From an uncultured Candidatus Peribacteria bacterium (GTDB lineage: Bacteria > Patescibacteriota > Gracilibacteria > Peribacterales > Peribacteraceae), in contig CAZZDD010000001.1 of NCBI GenBank assembly GCA_964652185.1, positions 20,407 to 84,406 on the forward strand: DNA of 64,000 nucleotides, given 5' to 3'. A model generated the notes under the pieces. That model was not told the DNA's origin, made no database searches, and was given only the letters and a program-made list of their open reading frames with translations. The position numbers were made by a program, and so were the translations under genes. Positions 18,443-27,978 of this stretch are shown piece after piece; position 1 is the first letter of the stretch, and each line of letters begins with the position of its first letter.

Positions 18443-20430
18443 TCGACACTCATTCCTAGATCCCACATGCTATCGGTGCCGGGTGGCTCTAATGACCATT
18501 CACCCGAATCGATATGGTATTCGGCGCGTTCGATGAAAAACTTTGACAACGGTGCCAGATGATCTACACCTTGCGGTATGCCGTGTATACGCAGCCATTT
18601 AGCCGTAGGCAGGACACCCGCTTCAACAGGCACACCGTTTGGTTGTGTCAGCGTGCCGTCAGACATCATCACTAAATCACTGCCAATATCCGATGTCGGC
18701 TGCTCGTAGATTGACAAAATATTGTTGCCGTCAATCTTCGCTAAGAGCCTAGCCGCATAATCGGTGCCGCTGTCTAGCAGCTTTTCAATCTCGAATAGCG
18801 CCGTGCCATCGCCTTCTCGGTATTGATTCGATTCAACGCCCGACGCTTGTTGTAAATCGTAGCCATCAATAAACTGTGCTGAATTGGATAGGATTTCACC
18901 GATCTGCGTTGTTGTTTCAGATGCTCCACGAATGATAAATGGCATATCAGCATCGGGATCGCGTGCCACCCACGCAGCGCCGGTCCAAAGCTTCAGATCG
19001 CCACCGGCATAGCCAAGGTCTTCCGCCACATCTACAACGTAATAATTGACCATGCCATTCGCACCAGATCGGCTAACAACGATCCAGTAATCGGTGCCAT
19101 AGGTAATACTGTTGGCATTAGTAAAGATAAATTTCTTCCATGCCATCGTAGATGCAATGTCCTCGGCTGCCATCGATACGGATTCGATCAATGTGTCAGG
19201 TGAGCCGCCGGAATCGGTGTACAGTGCTACCACCACATTATCGAGCGGCGTGCCAACCTTCTTCACACGAATGGCGATATCGTTGACCGTCCACGTTGTA
19301 TCGGCTGCGAGCGTGAATTTCTGCGCCACTTTCACGCCATGCACTGTTAGTGTGACGGTAGCTGACGGTAGTTCATTCGTGAAGGTCGTGTTTGTCTCAA
19401 TAAACCCCGCTTGCGTGATGGTGATTGATGGTCCAGCCGCTTCAGTGACAATTGTCGTACCACCAACGGTGATATGTTCAGAATTGATAGCATTGGTGAC
19501 GATGCGCACTTCGTCATTAGATGATGAACCCGATATGTCAATGATGTCGTAATCATTTAGAAACGATAGCCCTGTGCCAAGCACATCTAGGATATCGTCG
19601 GATGGATCGAATGCAATCGTGGTAGCGGTGTAGACTTCGCCGTCTACACCGTTGCGAATCGTGCGCACGGTCTGATCATTGCTGCTGCTTCCAGAGATAA
19701 TCACGGATACATCAGCAGGCAATGCGTCAAGGTAGTTGTCGAAATCCGTAATCTTCGTGTTGCTGAATCCGAATTCAGCAGATGTGCGACCAACACCGAG
19801 TATCTGATCTGCGCCGCCCGACGTGTTGTATTCAAGCAGGCCGGCATTCTCTGAATAAAGTTGCCGCTCTAGCAATCCCCATTGCCCCGTACATGTCATT
19901 GACGCTGTTGGTGCATTCGCCCCACGTAGCGCACGGATAATTGGTGTTGGATTCTTCAGCGTGGCAAGCATGGTGTCTCGGTACGCTTCAGCCTGTGCCG
20001 TTGATACATCCGCCTTTGTCATCAATTTTTCACTGTAGCCATATCGAGCGATGCTTTCAGCGTCTTCCGCCCAATCGGTGGTGAGGCGTTCCAGTGTGCC
20101 GTCAATTGTCGCTTCGGTGTAGGCGATTTTGACGCGATTGACAATGTTCTTGATTGACAGTCCTACCTGCATAGCACCATAAGTGACTAACACTTCTTCG
20201 ACTCTGCCGACCCAAACCAACGTGTAATTAGCGTTGCGGATGTGTATCGTATTCCCGATCATTCGCAGTACAGACATGATCGAATCCTGCGGACCATCAA
20301 CCCGTATCTCGGCTTTCTCGTACCCACCCACCGCCATGCTGCTATACCAGGATGGCGTAAATTCAAGCCGTTCAAGTGTAGATACAGGATCGCCGGCTGC
20401 CGTAAATACCTGCACAGAGAAGTTACTCAT
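18439..20430 (-). CDS. tail tip / baseplate-hub-like protein (663 aa)
   Basis: Second gene after the tape measure in a siphovirus-type order. ATGA coupling on both sides. No specific motif recognised. Confidence 0.6.
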   Translation of the reverse strand: MSNFSVQVFTAAGDPVSTLERLEFTPSWYSSMAVGGYEKAEIRVDGPQDSIMSVLRMIGNTIHIRNANYTLVWVGRVEEVLVTYGAMQVGLSIKNIVNRVKIAYTEATIDGTLERLTTDWAEDAESIARYGYSEKLMTKADVSTAQAEAYRDTMLATLKNPTPIIRALRGANAPTASMTCTGQWGLLERQLYSENAGLLEYNTSGGADQILGVGRTSAEFGFSNTKITDFDNYLDALPADVSVIISGSSSNDQTVRTIRNGVDGEVYTATTIAFDPSDDILDVLGTGLSFLNDYDIIDISGSSSNDEVRIVTNAINSEHITVGGTTIVTEAAGPSITITQAGFIETNTTFTNELPSATVTLTVHGVKVAQKFTLAADTTWTVNDIAIRVKKVGTPLDNVVVALYTDSGGSPDTLIESVSMAAEDIASTMAWKKFIFTNANSITYGTDYWIVVSRSGANGMVNYYVVDVAEDLGYAGGDLKLWTGAAWVARDPDADMPFIIRGASETTTQIGEILSNSAQFIDGYDLQQASGVESNQYREGDGTALFEIEKLLDSGTDYAARLLAKIDGNNILSIYEQPTSDIGSDLVMMSDGTLTQPNGVPVEAGVLPTAKWLRIHGIPQGVDHLAPLSKFFIERAEYHIDSGEWSLEPPGTDSMWDLGMSVE

Positions 20431-21779
20431 ATCGTCAATCGTCGCGCCCGTGCGTACACACGCACACTAAATGTATTTGCAACTGTCGGTGTACCGCTTG
20501 TTTCGTCATGCAAGAAAATCAAGCGCTGAAGTTTGTTCGGATACAGCCATATTGTGGATGCTGTAGACGTGTAAATCGGTACACCGTCGGCGTGCATACT
20601 GCCGTCAATGCCATCGAATGTAATTACGTCGCCGTTGTCAACCGTATCGCCCAGTTGCGTGATCGCTGCATAGCTATCCGTTGGCGTCAACTGCACGAAG
20701 TCAATATCAAAGGTACATGACGCCGATGAGCGCATGGCAAAATACAGCCGCATCCCTGCCCAGCTAGCGTTGGCTGTGGATGGCGGCAACGGGACAGCGC
20801 CAAGATCAGCGATTGCAATGTCGGAGTTAACCAGCACCTCATCGCCGGAATAGAGCACCGTTAGTCCGTTGGCATCCCTGATCTGCGGTGTGATATAGCC
20901 CGATCCAGTCACATCGGAGAATCGTACAAGCACCCGAAAGTAGCGTCCTTTTGACTTTTGCAGTTGCGATCCTGAGATCGCCCACTGCATCGACGTTGTA
21001 CCGGTAAATGTCACCCTGCGTACATTGCCGCCACTGCTGCTGCCACTCGATACTGTAGAACCACCACTTGCCGCACTTTCGCCTTCGTAAAAGTGAGTAA
21101 AATTCGCCGGATCGCTATAGGCGTTCGTACCTATGTGAAAGTGCCAGTAGCCAATATTGCTACCAGTGTTATTAGTAAGCGTAACCTTTGCCGGTGTCGG
21201 CAAATCGCCACCAACTTGTGTTGCGGCTATCTCTACCCAATTGTCCTGCCCAGCGTTACCATCGTTATTGTAGATAGTCCTACCACCTGTCGCCTGTCCA
21301 AGTGCCGACGTACTGATTGACAGTTCTACTTCCGGTCCCTCCCAGAAGTAGGCTCGTTCAACCGTGATCGACGCCAACACTTTGATGTTGGCGTAATGAC
21401 GCAAGGCATCCTGATCAAGCTCAAGGCGACCGGTGTAAATCTCGCTACGGTAAGCGCTTGCCTCGCCGTCCACCTGCAATTGCAAATAGACGCGGCTGCC
21501 TGCTCTTGTCCATTGTCGCTGTTTAGCATCGGTGAATAGTCGGTTGATGCCGTTTACCTGTGCTTGCAGCGCCGTCTTGCTTGAGTTATCAAACAAGATC
21601 TCAATCGTTTCGGTCACGTTCTCATAAACTGGCTGATCAACCGGCGTCCCGTCGCCAACCGAAGATCGGCGCGTACTGTTAATGCTTGGCGTTGCCGGCA
21701 CGTACTGCGTCAGCAACACATTGGTGGTCACCAAGCTGATCGTCGTGGTGCCATCGGTGATAGATAAGCTATGCGTCAT
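20427..21779 (-). CDS. distal-tail-like protein (450 aa)
   Basis: Immediately downstream of the tape measure (TAATG overlap). Call is by position only. Confidence 0.55.
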   Translation of the reverse strand: MTHSLSITDGTTTISLVTTNVLLTQYVPATPSINSTRRSSVGDGTPVDQPVYENVTETIEILFDNSSKTALQAQVNGINRLFTDAKQRQWTRAGSRVYLQLQVDGEASAYRSEIYTGRLELDQDALRHYANIKVLASITVERAYFWEGPEVELSISTSALGQATGGRTIYNNDGNAGQDNWVEIAATQVGGDLPTPAKVTLTNNTGSNIGYWHFHIGTNAYSDPANFTHFYEGESAASGGSTVSSGSSSGGNVRRVTFTGTTSMQWAISGSQLQKSKGRYFRVLVRFSDVTGSGYITPQIRDANGLTVLYSGDEVLVNSDIAIADLGAVPLPPSTANASWAGMRLYFAMRSSASCTFDIDFVQLTPTDSYAAITQLGDTVDNGDVITFDGIDGSMHADGVPIYTSTASTIWLYPNKLQRLIFLHDETSGTPTVANTFSVRVYARARRLTI

Positions 21780-24700
21780 TAGCGCCGCCTTTGAATTGCT
21801 TGAACGACTTTGTACGCCATCGCTTCGATGTCGATATTGCTGGCCACGCTAGCCACATTGACGGTTACATTGACGTTACCGCCGCCCGCCATTGCCATCG
21901 AATCGTTATTGCTGTAGATTCGACTCCCCCGTGGTAAAGCAACAAGTTCCGGCCCTGTCTCGCCAACCCACGTCGTGCCGCCGCGCCAATTGCTTGTGCC
22001 AATGGCATTGCCATCAAAACCACCAGAACCGCCACCGCCGCCACCAGACCCGGTAGCGGGTTCATTGACCTTGACACCAGTGTTGAAAATGTTGACGAGC
22101 GAGTCCAGCCACCAGGGGTAAGGCACCGGCGGCCATCCCCATGTTGGAGGATCGATCATGGGCCATCCACCAAACAGCGATGTTGGGATACTGGGCCAAC
22201 CCTCAAATAGCCCCGTCTTGATTGTGGGCCACTCCCAAGGCGAGTATGCCGGCCAAAAATTCGTAGTCAGCACAGGTGCATTCATCGTCAACAATGGTGC
22301 CATTTCTGTGGCGGCTGGCGGTTTGATGACGAGATCGGAAACGATGTCTAGTGTAGTTGCGCCAATGTCAATTGTTAATTCAGTCAACCAATCGGGCGGT
22401 GCTGGTTTCCAGTTCATCAGGTCAGCTGCCCAATCTGGCGGTGTTGGTTCTACCGTAGTTCCAGACACAGCTTCCTGAATAGCGATCCTCTCATTGCGTA
22501 GACCCGTTTCCTTTGTCCCACCTGTCACCAGTACCCCCGCAGTATTGCCCAGCGCTTTAAGCATTGCCTGCGCAACGGGTGAAAAGTCCTGACCGGCCAT
22601 TGATGCAGCTAGACCAGTAATGAAGTTATTCAGGAACCCCGACACCTGATCGTTGAACTTATTCCAGTCAATAGAATTGAACTCGTTTAGCAAACCCGTG
22701 GCAAGGTTAGAAGCACCAACGGCAATCCCCGTCAAGGCGTCACCCATGCCTTGCCCCAGGTCCTCGCCAAAGTTCGGATCGCCTAATGTGTTGCCGATCT
22801 GCGCAACAATGGTTGATACAAAGCTCCCCACTGATGTCCCAAGATCAACGATCGCCGGATCGGATAACGTTTTTTCCAGTTCTGACCCAAAACTCTTGAC
22901 GATCCCCGCAGCACCATCTGCTATCACGGTTGTGTCTACGCTGGCGGCAAAGTTGTTCAGAAAATCAATCACAGACGTCGAGAGCGTCGTCAGCGCCAAT
23001 ATCTGTTCGCTCTTGCCCTCAAACGATGTGGACGCAACGTTGGTAACAACGCCAAGGATCCCACTGACTGCCAGGTTGAACCCTTCCGATATCGCCGCGG
23101 CGTCAACGCTTTCTAGCTTTGTGCCAATGTCTACCAATGTGCCATTGACCAGATTATTGACTTCGGTTAGCACGCCAGTTTCGCCAAATAACAGATTGAC
23201 ACCCGTTTTGATTCCGGTGCCTATTTGCGTTGCAACAGTGGTGAAATCAATACCTGCACCATCAGCGCCCAGTTTGGAGAAAATAGCAGTAGGAAGCGTT
23301 TTCACAGTGCCGGCAATGCGTTCTGCCAATGCAGTTAGATCAATACCCCCTATGCCACCAATGGCTGTGTAGATAGCCGTGGGCAGGCTCTTAATGCTAG
23401 TACTCACTGTCTCCGCAATGGCTGTGAAGTCGAACGATTGCATTGTGCCAACCGCCGCATAAATCCCCGTTGGTATCGCCTTGATGTACCCTGCGATCCT
23501 CTGCTCAAGTGCGCCGAAGTCGATGTCTAGCGTTGTGTCATTGAAAGTGAATGCAATCTTGCCACCGGTGCCAACTTCGACACCGGCAAAGAAGTCACCA
23601 ATCTGTACCTTGGCAATCTTGTCCTTTAGGCTTAACTCACCGGTGAAAAAGTCACCAATTGCCATACTCAACCCAAGATCCTTGGGTGAAATGGTGCCCG
23701 TGAAAAAGTCGCCAATTTGCGACGTGGTTGTGTAGTCGGCAAGGTTAAATGTGCCGGCTACGATGTCTCCAAGGGTAATACTTAGATCCTTCGTGGCATT
23801 ATCAAATGATGCTTGGATACCGCCCCAATCGACACTGACAACCTGTGCCCCAATCGGCACATCCACGATTGCGCCGGTTGCCGTACCGAGTCCCGCCAAG
23901 ATCCCGCCAACGATATTGCCGCCGCTTGCCAGGAAATCGAACTGTGTTTTTACATTTACAATCCGGCTCACGGTTCGATCTAGCGCGTCCGCCACATTCC
24001 CCGCAAACGCAATGATAGCTGGCGTGAAATCGCTTAGCATTGAGGTTGCAGACTGAAAAACCGTACGTAGTGCCGGTTGAAATTCGTCGCCAATTTGAAT
24101 TTTGACAGACTCGACTACTCCACGGAATATCTCCATATCCCCGGCGAGATTGTCCATGCGCTTTGCAGCGCTATCAATGGCACTAGTGTTCCCCATCGTC
24201 TCTTGAAGATCTTCGTATCCATCTTTGCCGAGCTTCATCATGCCGTACGCTGCACGGTAGGCATCCGTGCCAAATAAAGTGACCAACGCATTGGTGCGCT
24301 GTTGTTCTGTCATGCCTGTAAATGTTTGATCCATGACGCCGGCAATTTCGTTAAGATCACGCAGCGCACCGGTTGAATCGTAAAATGCGTTCTGTCCATC
24401 CGCTGTGATTAGCCCTAATTCTTCCATCAGGACAGCGGCTTCTTTGGTCGTCGGATTCAAGCGCGTCATCATTGTCTTGAATGCCGTGCCAGAGTCCGAG
24501 CCGCTTTTAAAGTATTGCGCCGTTCCAGCGAGATAGGTGTTGTAATCCTTAAAACTGACACCGGAGGACGCGGCTACACCGCCGCCTTGAGCGAGCGCCA
24601 ATCCGTAATCGTCAATGCTAAACTTGCTATTGTTGACAACCGACGTAATGCCATCCACAGCGCCGGCCATGTCTTTTGCTTGGATGCCAAAGATCGCCAT

Positions 24701-25198
24701 TGCATCAGTACCGATGTCAGCAGCGGTTGAAAAATCTGCGCCGGTAGCGTTCGCCAAAAGCACAGTTGCCTTGGCTGCGCCCTCCATGATCTGAGGGACT
24801 TTCAACCCGTTACGCGCCAACATCTCAATCGCCTGGGCCGCTTCTACGGCTGAAACCTTGAGATTAGGATCGACGCCCAAGTCGAGCGCCAGCTTCTTCA
24901 GATCACCAAGTTCACTAGTCGTCGCACCTACCACGGCACCAATGCTGCTGATCTGCGCGTTGAAATCCGCTGCCGCCATCGATGCGTCAGCGAGCCCGCC
25001 GACAACGCCACGCACAGCATTGTTCAGCGCACGCACACTGCCAATCGCCGCTGCCGAAATAAAATTGCCGGCAGCGATCTTCATTACGCCACCAAGCGAC
25101 GACTGAATGCCTTTGATGTCACCTTGCAGGCCCTTCAGTACACCCTTAGCCTGATTGCGTGCAACTATGTTGATGCCTAGTTCAGCAGTCGCCATCAC
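21779..25198 (-). CDS. tail tape measure protein (1139 aa)
   Basis: TP901-type TMP core (AADFNAQISSIGAV...LGVDPNLKVSAVEAAQAIEMLARNG...NSKFSIDDYGLALAQGG). IGDFF[TA]G repeats. Gly-rich C-terminus with VGETGPELV. GTG 25198 or ATG 25195 start. Confidence 0.9.
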   Translation of the reverse strand: MMATAELGINIVARNQAKGVLKGLQGDIKGIQSSLGGVMKIAAGNFISAAAIGSVRALNNAVRGVVGGLADASMAAADFNAQISSIGAVVGATTSELGDLKKLALDLGVDPNLKVSAVEAAQAIEMLARNGLKVPQIMEGAAKATVLLANATGADFSTAADIGTDAMAIFGIQAKDMAGAVDGITSVVNNSKFSIDDYGLALAQGGGVAASSGVSFKDYNTYLAGTAQYFKSGSDSGTAFKTMMTRLNPTTKEAAVLMEELGLITADGQNAFYDSTGALRDLNEIAGVMDQTFTGMTEQQRTNALVTLFGTDAYRAAYGMMKLGKDGYEDLQETMGNTSAIDSAAKRMDNLAGDMEIFRGVVESVKIQIGDEFQPALRTVFQSATSMLSDFTPAIIAFAGNVADALDRTVSRIVNVKTQFDFLASGGNIVGGILAGLGTATGAIVDVPIGAQVVSVDWGGIQASFDNATKDLSITLGDIVAGTFNLADYTTTSQIGDFFTGTISPKDLGLSMAIGDFFTGELSLKDKIAKVQIGDFFAGVEVGTGGKIAFTFNDTTLDIDFGALEQRIAGYIKAIPTGIYAAVGTMQSFDFTAIAETVSTSIKSLPTAIYTAIGGIGGIDLTALAERIAGTVKTLPTAIFSKLGADGAGIDFTTVATQIGTGIKTGVNLLFGETGVLTEVNNLVNGTLVDIGTKLESVDAAAISEGFNLAVSGILGVVTNVASTSFEGKSEQILALTTLSTSVIDFLNNFAASVDTTVIADGAAGIVKSFGSELEKTLSDPAIVDLGTSVGSFVSTIVAQIGNTLGDPNFGEDLGQGMGDALTGIAVGASNLATGLLNEFNSIDWNKFNDQVSGFLNNFITGLAASMAGQDFSPVAQAMLKALGNTAGVLVTGGTKETGLRNERIAIQEAVSGTTVEPTPPDWAADLMNWKPAPPDWLTELTIDIGATTLDIVSDLVIKPPAATEMAPLLTMNAPVLTTNFWPAYSPWEWPTIKTGLFEGWPSIPTSLFGGWPMIDPPTWGWPPVPYPWWLDSLVNIFNTGVKVNEPATGSGGGGGGSGGFDGNAIGTSNWRGGTTWVGETGPELVALPRGSRIYSNNDSMAMAGGGNVNVTVNVASVASNIDIEAMAYKVVQAIQRRR

Positions 25199-25772
25199 TT
25201 CTTCGCTTTCGCTCTTGCCGCGTTTGCCGCTTTTGCCTGGTCGCGCTTGTTGCGCTCATGCTCCCATTTGCGCCGTGCGTATATTCGTGTGGCTAGCTCG
25301 TCAATGTAGTCGGCAGGTTGAGCGTGAACTTGTTCGTGCGTCCATCCGTGCTCTTCTGCCAACGTGACCTCCACGGGATACCGACTCGGCATAGGCATCG
25401 AGACGCCATGCATGATAGCGCGCTCGAATGCCTGCTCTATTCTTTTTTTTCGTCGGCGTCCAACTCCTCATTGGATTCGCCCATGAGCGCAAGCATTGCC
25501 TGTGCAGCGTCCTGATCTAGCGCTTCAATGTTTTCAGGCGTGCAGGCAAAGCCCTCAAACTCTGGACCCTCCCAGCTCACCATGCGCGCCTTGAAGATCT
25601 CCAATGACAATTCGGCAAAGTCAATCGATGCTTCCTGCGTGAACGGATCGACCTTGCTGCACTTACTGATCAGCTTTTGGCGCTTGCCGTAACTTAGCTT
25701 GCGGAACGTGATCTTGTGTTCGTCATCAAGCGCCTTGGTGACGTGATCGGATGTGGTGAAAAACTTAGACAT
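25195..25772 (-). CDS. tail assembly chaperone G-T-like fusion made by -1 programmed frameshift
   Basis: The -1 frame entered at A AAA AAA (25449..25443) is open. It is the same frame as the 72-aa ORF 25195..25413 (codon phase checked by hand). The product ends 1 nt into the TMP start region. Confidence 0.75.
25437..25772 (-). CDS. tail assembly chaperone (G-like, 111 aa)
   Basis: Position between the major tail and TMP genes. Ends ...DEKKE* across an A8 run. Confidence 0.8.
   Translation of the reverse strand: MSKFFTTSDHVTKALDDEHKITFRKLSYGKRQKLISKCSKVDPFTQEASIDFAELSLEIFKARMVSWEGPEFEGFACTPENIEALDQDAAQAMLALMGESNEELDADEKKE
25443..25449 (-). other. -1 ribosomal frameshift slippery heptamer A AAA AAA
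   Basis: Zero frame reads GAC GAA AAA AAA GAA TAG. X XXY YYZ phasing is satisfied. Confidence 0.75.
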
Positions 25773-26770
25773 TAATGACCCCCGCTGCCATAGGTGGCAA
25801 CGCCATTCGTGAGTGCTGCCGTAAACGATAAACTATCCGTGGAACTCGCAACCGCGTGACCGTCGAGCGTAACCGTGGTGTTGCCGTCACTGTTGGTGTA
25901 GTCGCCAACCGTGTCGTACTTGCCGGCCCAATCGAGATTGAGAATGCGTGTGGAATCTGTGATGGCTAGGCGGAAGAGTAATGTACTGTTGGCACGATAG
26001 TTGTCACGCTGATCAGCAACGACCGAACTGTCTTCAAGTTCTAGCGTGACGGAGTAAGTGATCTCTGGCTGCGTCCACTTGTAGTCAACATAGTAGAGCT
26101 GCCCATCGCCAACGGGTACAACCTTTAGGCCAGTTGTTACGTTGATTTTTGCCGACATCAATACACCGGTCATCTGTGTCGTACCGATAGTGCCGCCCGA
26201 CGCATCGATATAAAGCTTGGTGTGAGGGAATAGTGCCTCGTTTACACTCGGTGCCGACAACGAGGTTGTCTTGGCAGTTTGTTGCATCTGCCGACATATC
26301 CAATTACTAGAAACCATCCATGATTCGCCGAAAGAACCCGACAATTCAAACGATTCGACAAATCCGAATTCGCCCTCATATTGATCTTCAGCCACGACGG
26401 ATGAGCCAGTCTCAATGGTGTAAGTCTTAATCGTGTTGACCGTTGTGCCACCGTATGGGTAGTTGTAAGTGCGCACGTACGGACCCGTTCCCGATGGCGT
26501 AGCAGTCTTAATGCCAGCCTCGAAAATATGTGCCACTTGCTCGTAGGTGAGTGGCGTTGATGGTTGCGCCCATGCAGCTTGAATCTTGCCGTCATAGCTT
26601 CTCTCTGGCTGCATGAAAGTTCCAATATTTTCCGAAACTATGGCACGTTCGCGCGTGTCTTCGAGCATGGAGAATTCTCCACGCCATAAAGTGGTGGCTG
26701 GAACCGCCGTTCCCTTGGTCGATTCACGTCCTAACTGCGTATAGGTCATACTAAATGGTGAGTATGCCAA
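25772..26770 (-). CDS. major tail (tube) protein
   Basis: Position directly upstream of the G/G-T chaperones. Likely TTG start at 26770, 7 nt after AGAGGT. The track ATG at 26806 lies inside the upstream terminator stem. Confidence 0.7.
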   Translation of the reverse strand: MAYSPFSMTYTQLGRESTKGTAVPATTLWRGEFSMLEDTRERAIVSENIGTFMQPERSYDGKIQAAWAQPSTPLTYEQVAHIFEAGIKTATPSGTGPYVRTYNYPYGGTTVNTIKTYTIETGSSVVAEDQYEGEFGFVESFELSGSFGESWMVSSNWICRQMQQTAKTTSLSAPSVNEALFPHTKLYIDASGGTIGTTQMTGVLMSAKINVTTGLKVVPVGDGQLYYVDYKWTQPEITYSVTLELEDSSVVADQRDNYRANSTLLFRLAITDSTRILNLDWAGKYDTVGDYTNSDGNTTVTLDGHAVASSTDSLSFTAALTNGVATYGSGGH

Positions 26771-26793
26771 TTCGGTTACCTCTTTCTGTGAAC

Positions 26794-26839
26794 AAAAAAA
26801 GGGCATCCAACCAACACTTTCTAGTGTCAGTGGATGCCC
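26794..26839 (-). terminator. strong hairpin + U7 immediately upstream of the major tail gene
   Basis: Minus strand: GGGCATCCA..ACACT AGAA AGTGT..TGGATGCCC followed by TTTTTTT (26800..26794). Confidence 0.7.
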
Positions 26840-26873
26840 TCGCGTAATCGCAACAGCCGATATTTACTTGTGT
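26836..26873 (-). promoter_or_regulatory. conserved box, copy B (minus strand CACAAGTAAATATCGGCTGTTGCGATTACGCGAGGGC)
   Basis: 34 of 37 nt identical to 32561-32597. Both copies abut the 5' side of a hairpin-U7. Confidence 0.6.
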
Positions 26874-26903
26874 GTTGCGCCTGTACTGCTTATTACTACA
26901 TCG

Positions 26904-27107
26904 CTAATCGCTGATTTGATTCTCTCGGTACATTGCCTGATAACAACAACCATCAGAACGAAAACTTATTCCACCAACCGCACACCAACCGGTTTCCGCC
27001 ATATTGTTTACAGCCGCAACAAGCTCAACGACTTCAAATCCTCTGACAACGGCATACTCGTATGGTTCTCTAATTGGCTTGGATTTTGGCTTATAGACAT
27101 CGGTCAT
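26904..27107 (-). CDS. DUF1737-like protein (67 aa)
   Basis: YEYAVVRGFEVVELVAAVNNMAETGWCAVGG......YQAMYRE resembles the DUF1737 pattern. Confidence 0.55.
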   Translation of the reverse strand: MTDVYKPKSKPIREPYEYAVVRGFEVVELVAAVNNMAETGWCAVGGISFRSDGCCYQAMYRENQISD

Positions 27108-27352
27108 GTATCGCTGCTCGCCTCCACAACCGGCACATCCTCAGACTTCGCCTTGCTCGTCTTGCTCACCTTCGCCGGCTCAACCTTGGCGTAGATAGCC
27201 CCTGGTGTTTCCATGTTAGCTAAAATCAACGCTTCCATATCGGGATCGGCTTTGACCTCCCACTCGGCAATGTCACGAGCCGGCAAGCCCGACACGAATG
27301 GCGAATTGTAGCTTCGTTCAGGCAGGTATTTGTAAGCAATATCAGTGTTCAT
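27104..27352 (-). CDS. hypothetical protein (82 aa)
   Basis: ATGA-coupled, co-oriented ORF. Confidence 0.5.
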   Translation of the reverse strand: MNTDIAYKYLPERSYNSPFVSGLPARDIAEWEVKADPDMEALILANMETPGAIYAKVEPAKVSKTSKAKSEDVPVVEASSDT

Positions 27353-27978
27353 AGTCGCTCAGTTCTATACAAGTTAGGCTGTGTAATGTCAGGATAGTGC
27401 GCTTTGTCGCCGTCAATATGTCCACAGATGCAGCCTAGATCGTGCCTTTGGATAAATCCGTAATTGGCGCAATCCACAGCAAAGCACCAATCACTAGCCA
27501 CGGTTCCATCGGTGCGAAATGCGATTTCTTCCAACACGTGGCGACGAATCAACGTACAGCCCATGCCGGCACCAAAGCTGCCAATGTGAATATCGGTAAA
27601 TTCACGATTCAGTGTTGGCACTGCGCTCAGTGGCATTGACATTGCTCTATCAATAAAGCACAGCCACCTGCTTGGATCTCGCCTCGATACATACAACCCG
27701 TATGCCACATCTGCTTCAATTGCCATCAACCGATCAACCGTGTCAGCCGGCACAATCATGTCTGCATCGATATGCAGTAGCGCATCATAGCCACCGTTTA
27801 GCACTAGTCGCCTTGCCCGATTGTGCTTGTTGCAAAGATCGGCAAGTCTTGAAAGCGTGCCCCCTGGCTCTGTCTCAATGCCGATAGATGCGCAGCCAAG
27901 TGCGTCGATAGATTGTTGCGTCAGTGGATGAATGCGATGTGGTAATGGTCCATGCGGCGTGCAGATTAGGACATTCAG
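27349..27978 (-). CDS. GT-A fold (family 2-like) glycosyltransferase lacking a canonical start codon
   Basis: The track ORF starts at GTG 27804 (LLHIDADMIVP, GAGMGCTLIRRHV). The same frame is open upstream to 28023 and encodes a GT-like N-terminus (NVLICTPHG...SIDAL...NKHNRARRL) with no ATG/GTG/TTG. CTG at 27978 lies 7 nt after AAGAGG. Confidence 0.55.
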   Translation of the reverse strand: MNVLICTPHGPLPHRIHPLTQQSIDALGCASIGIETEPGGTLSRLADLCNKHNRARRLVLNGGYDALLHIDADMIVPADTVDRLMAIEADVAYGLYVSRRDPSRWLCFIDRAMSMPLSAVPTLNREFTDIHIGSFGAGMGCTLIRRHVLEEIAFRTDGTVASDWCFAVDCANYGFIQRHDLGCICGHIDGDKAHYPDITQPNLYRTERL

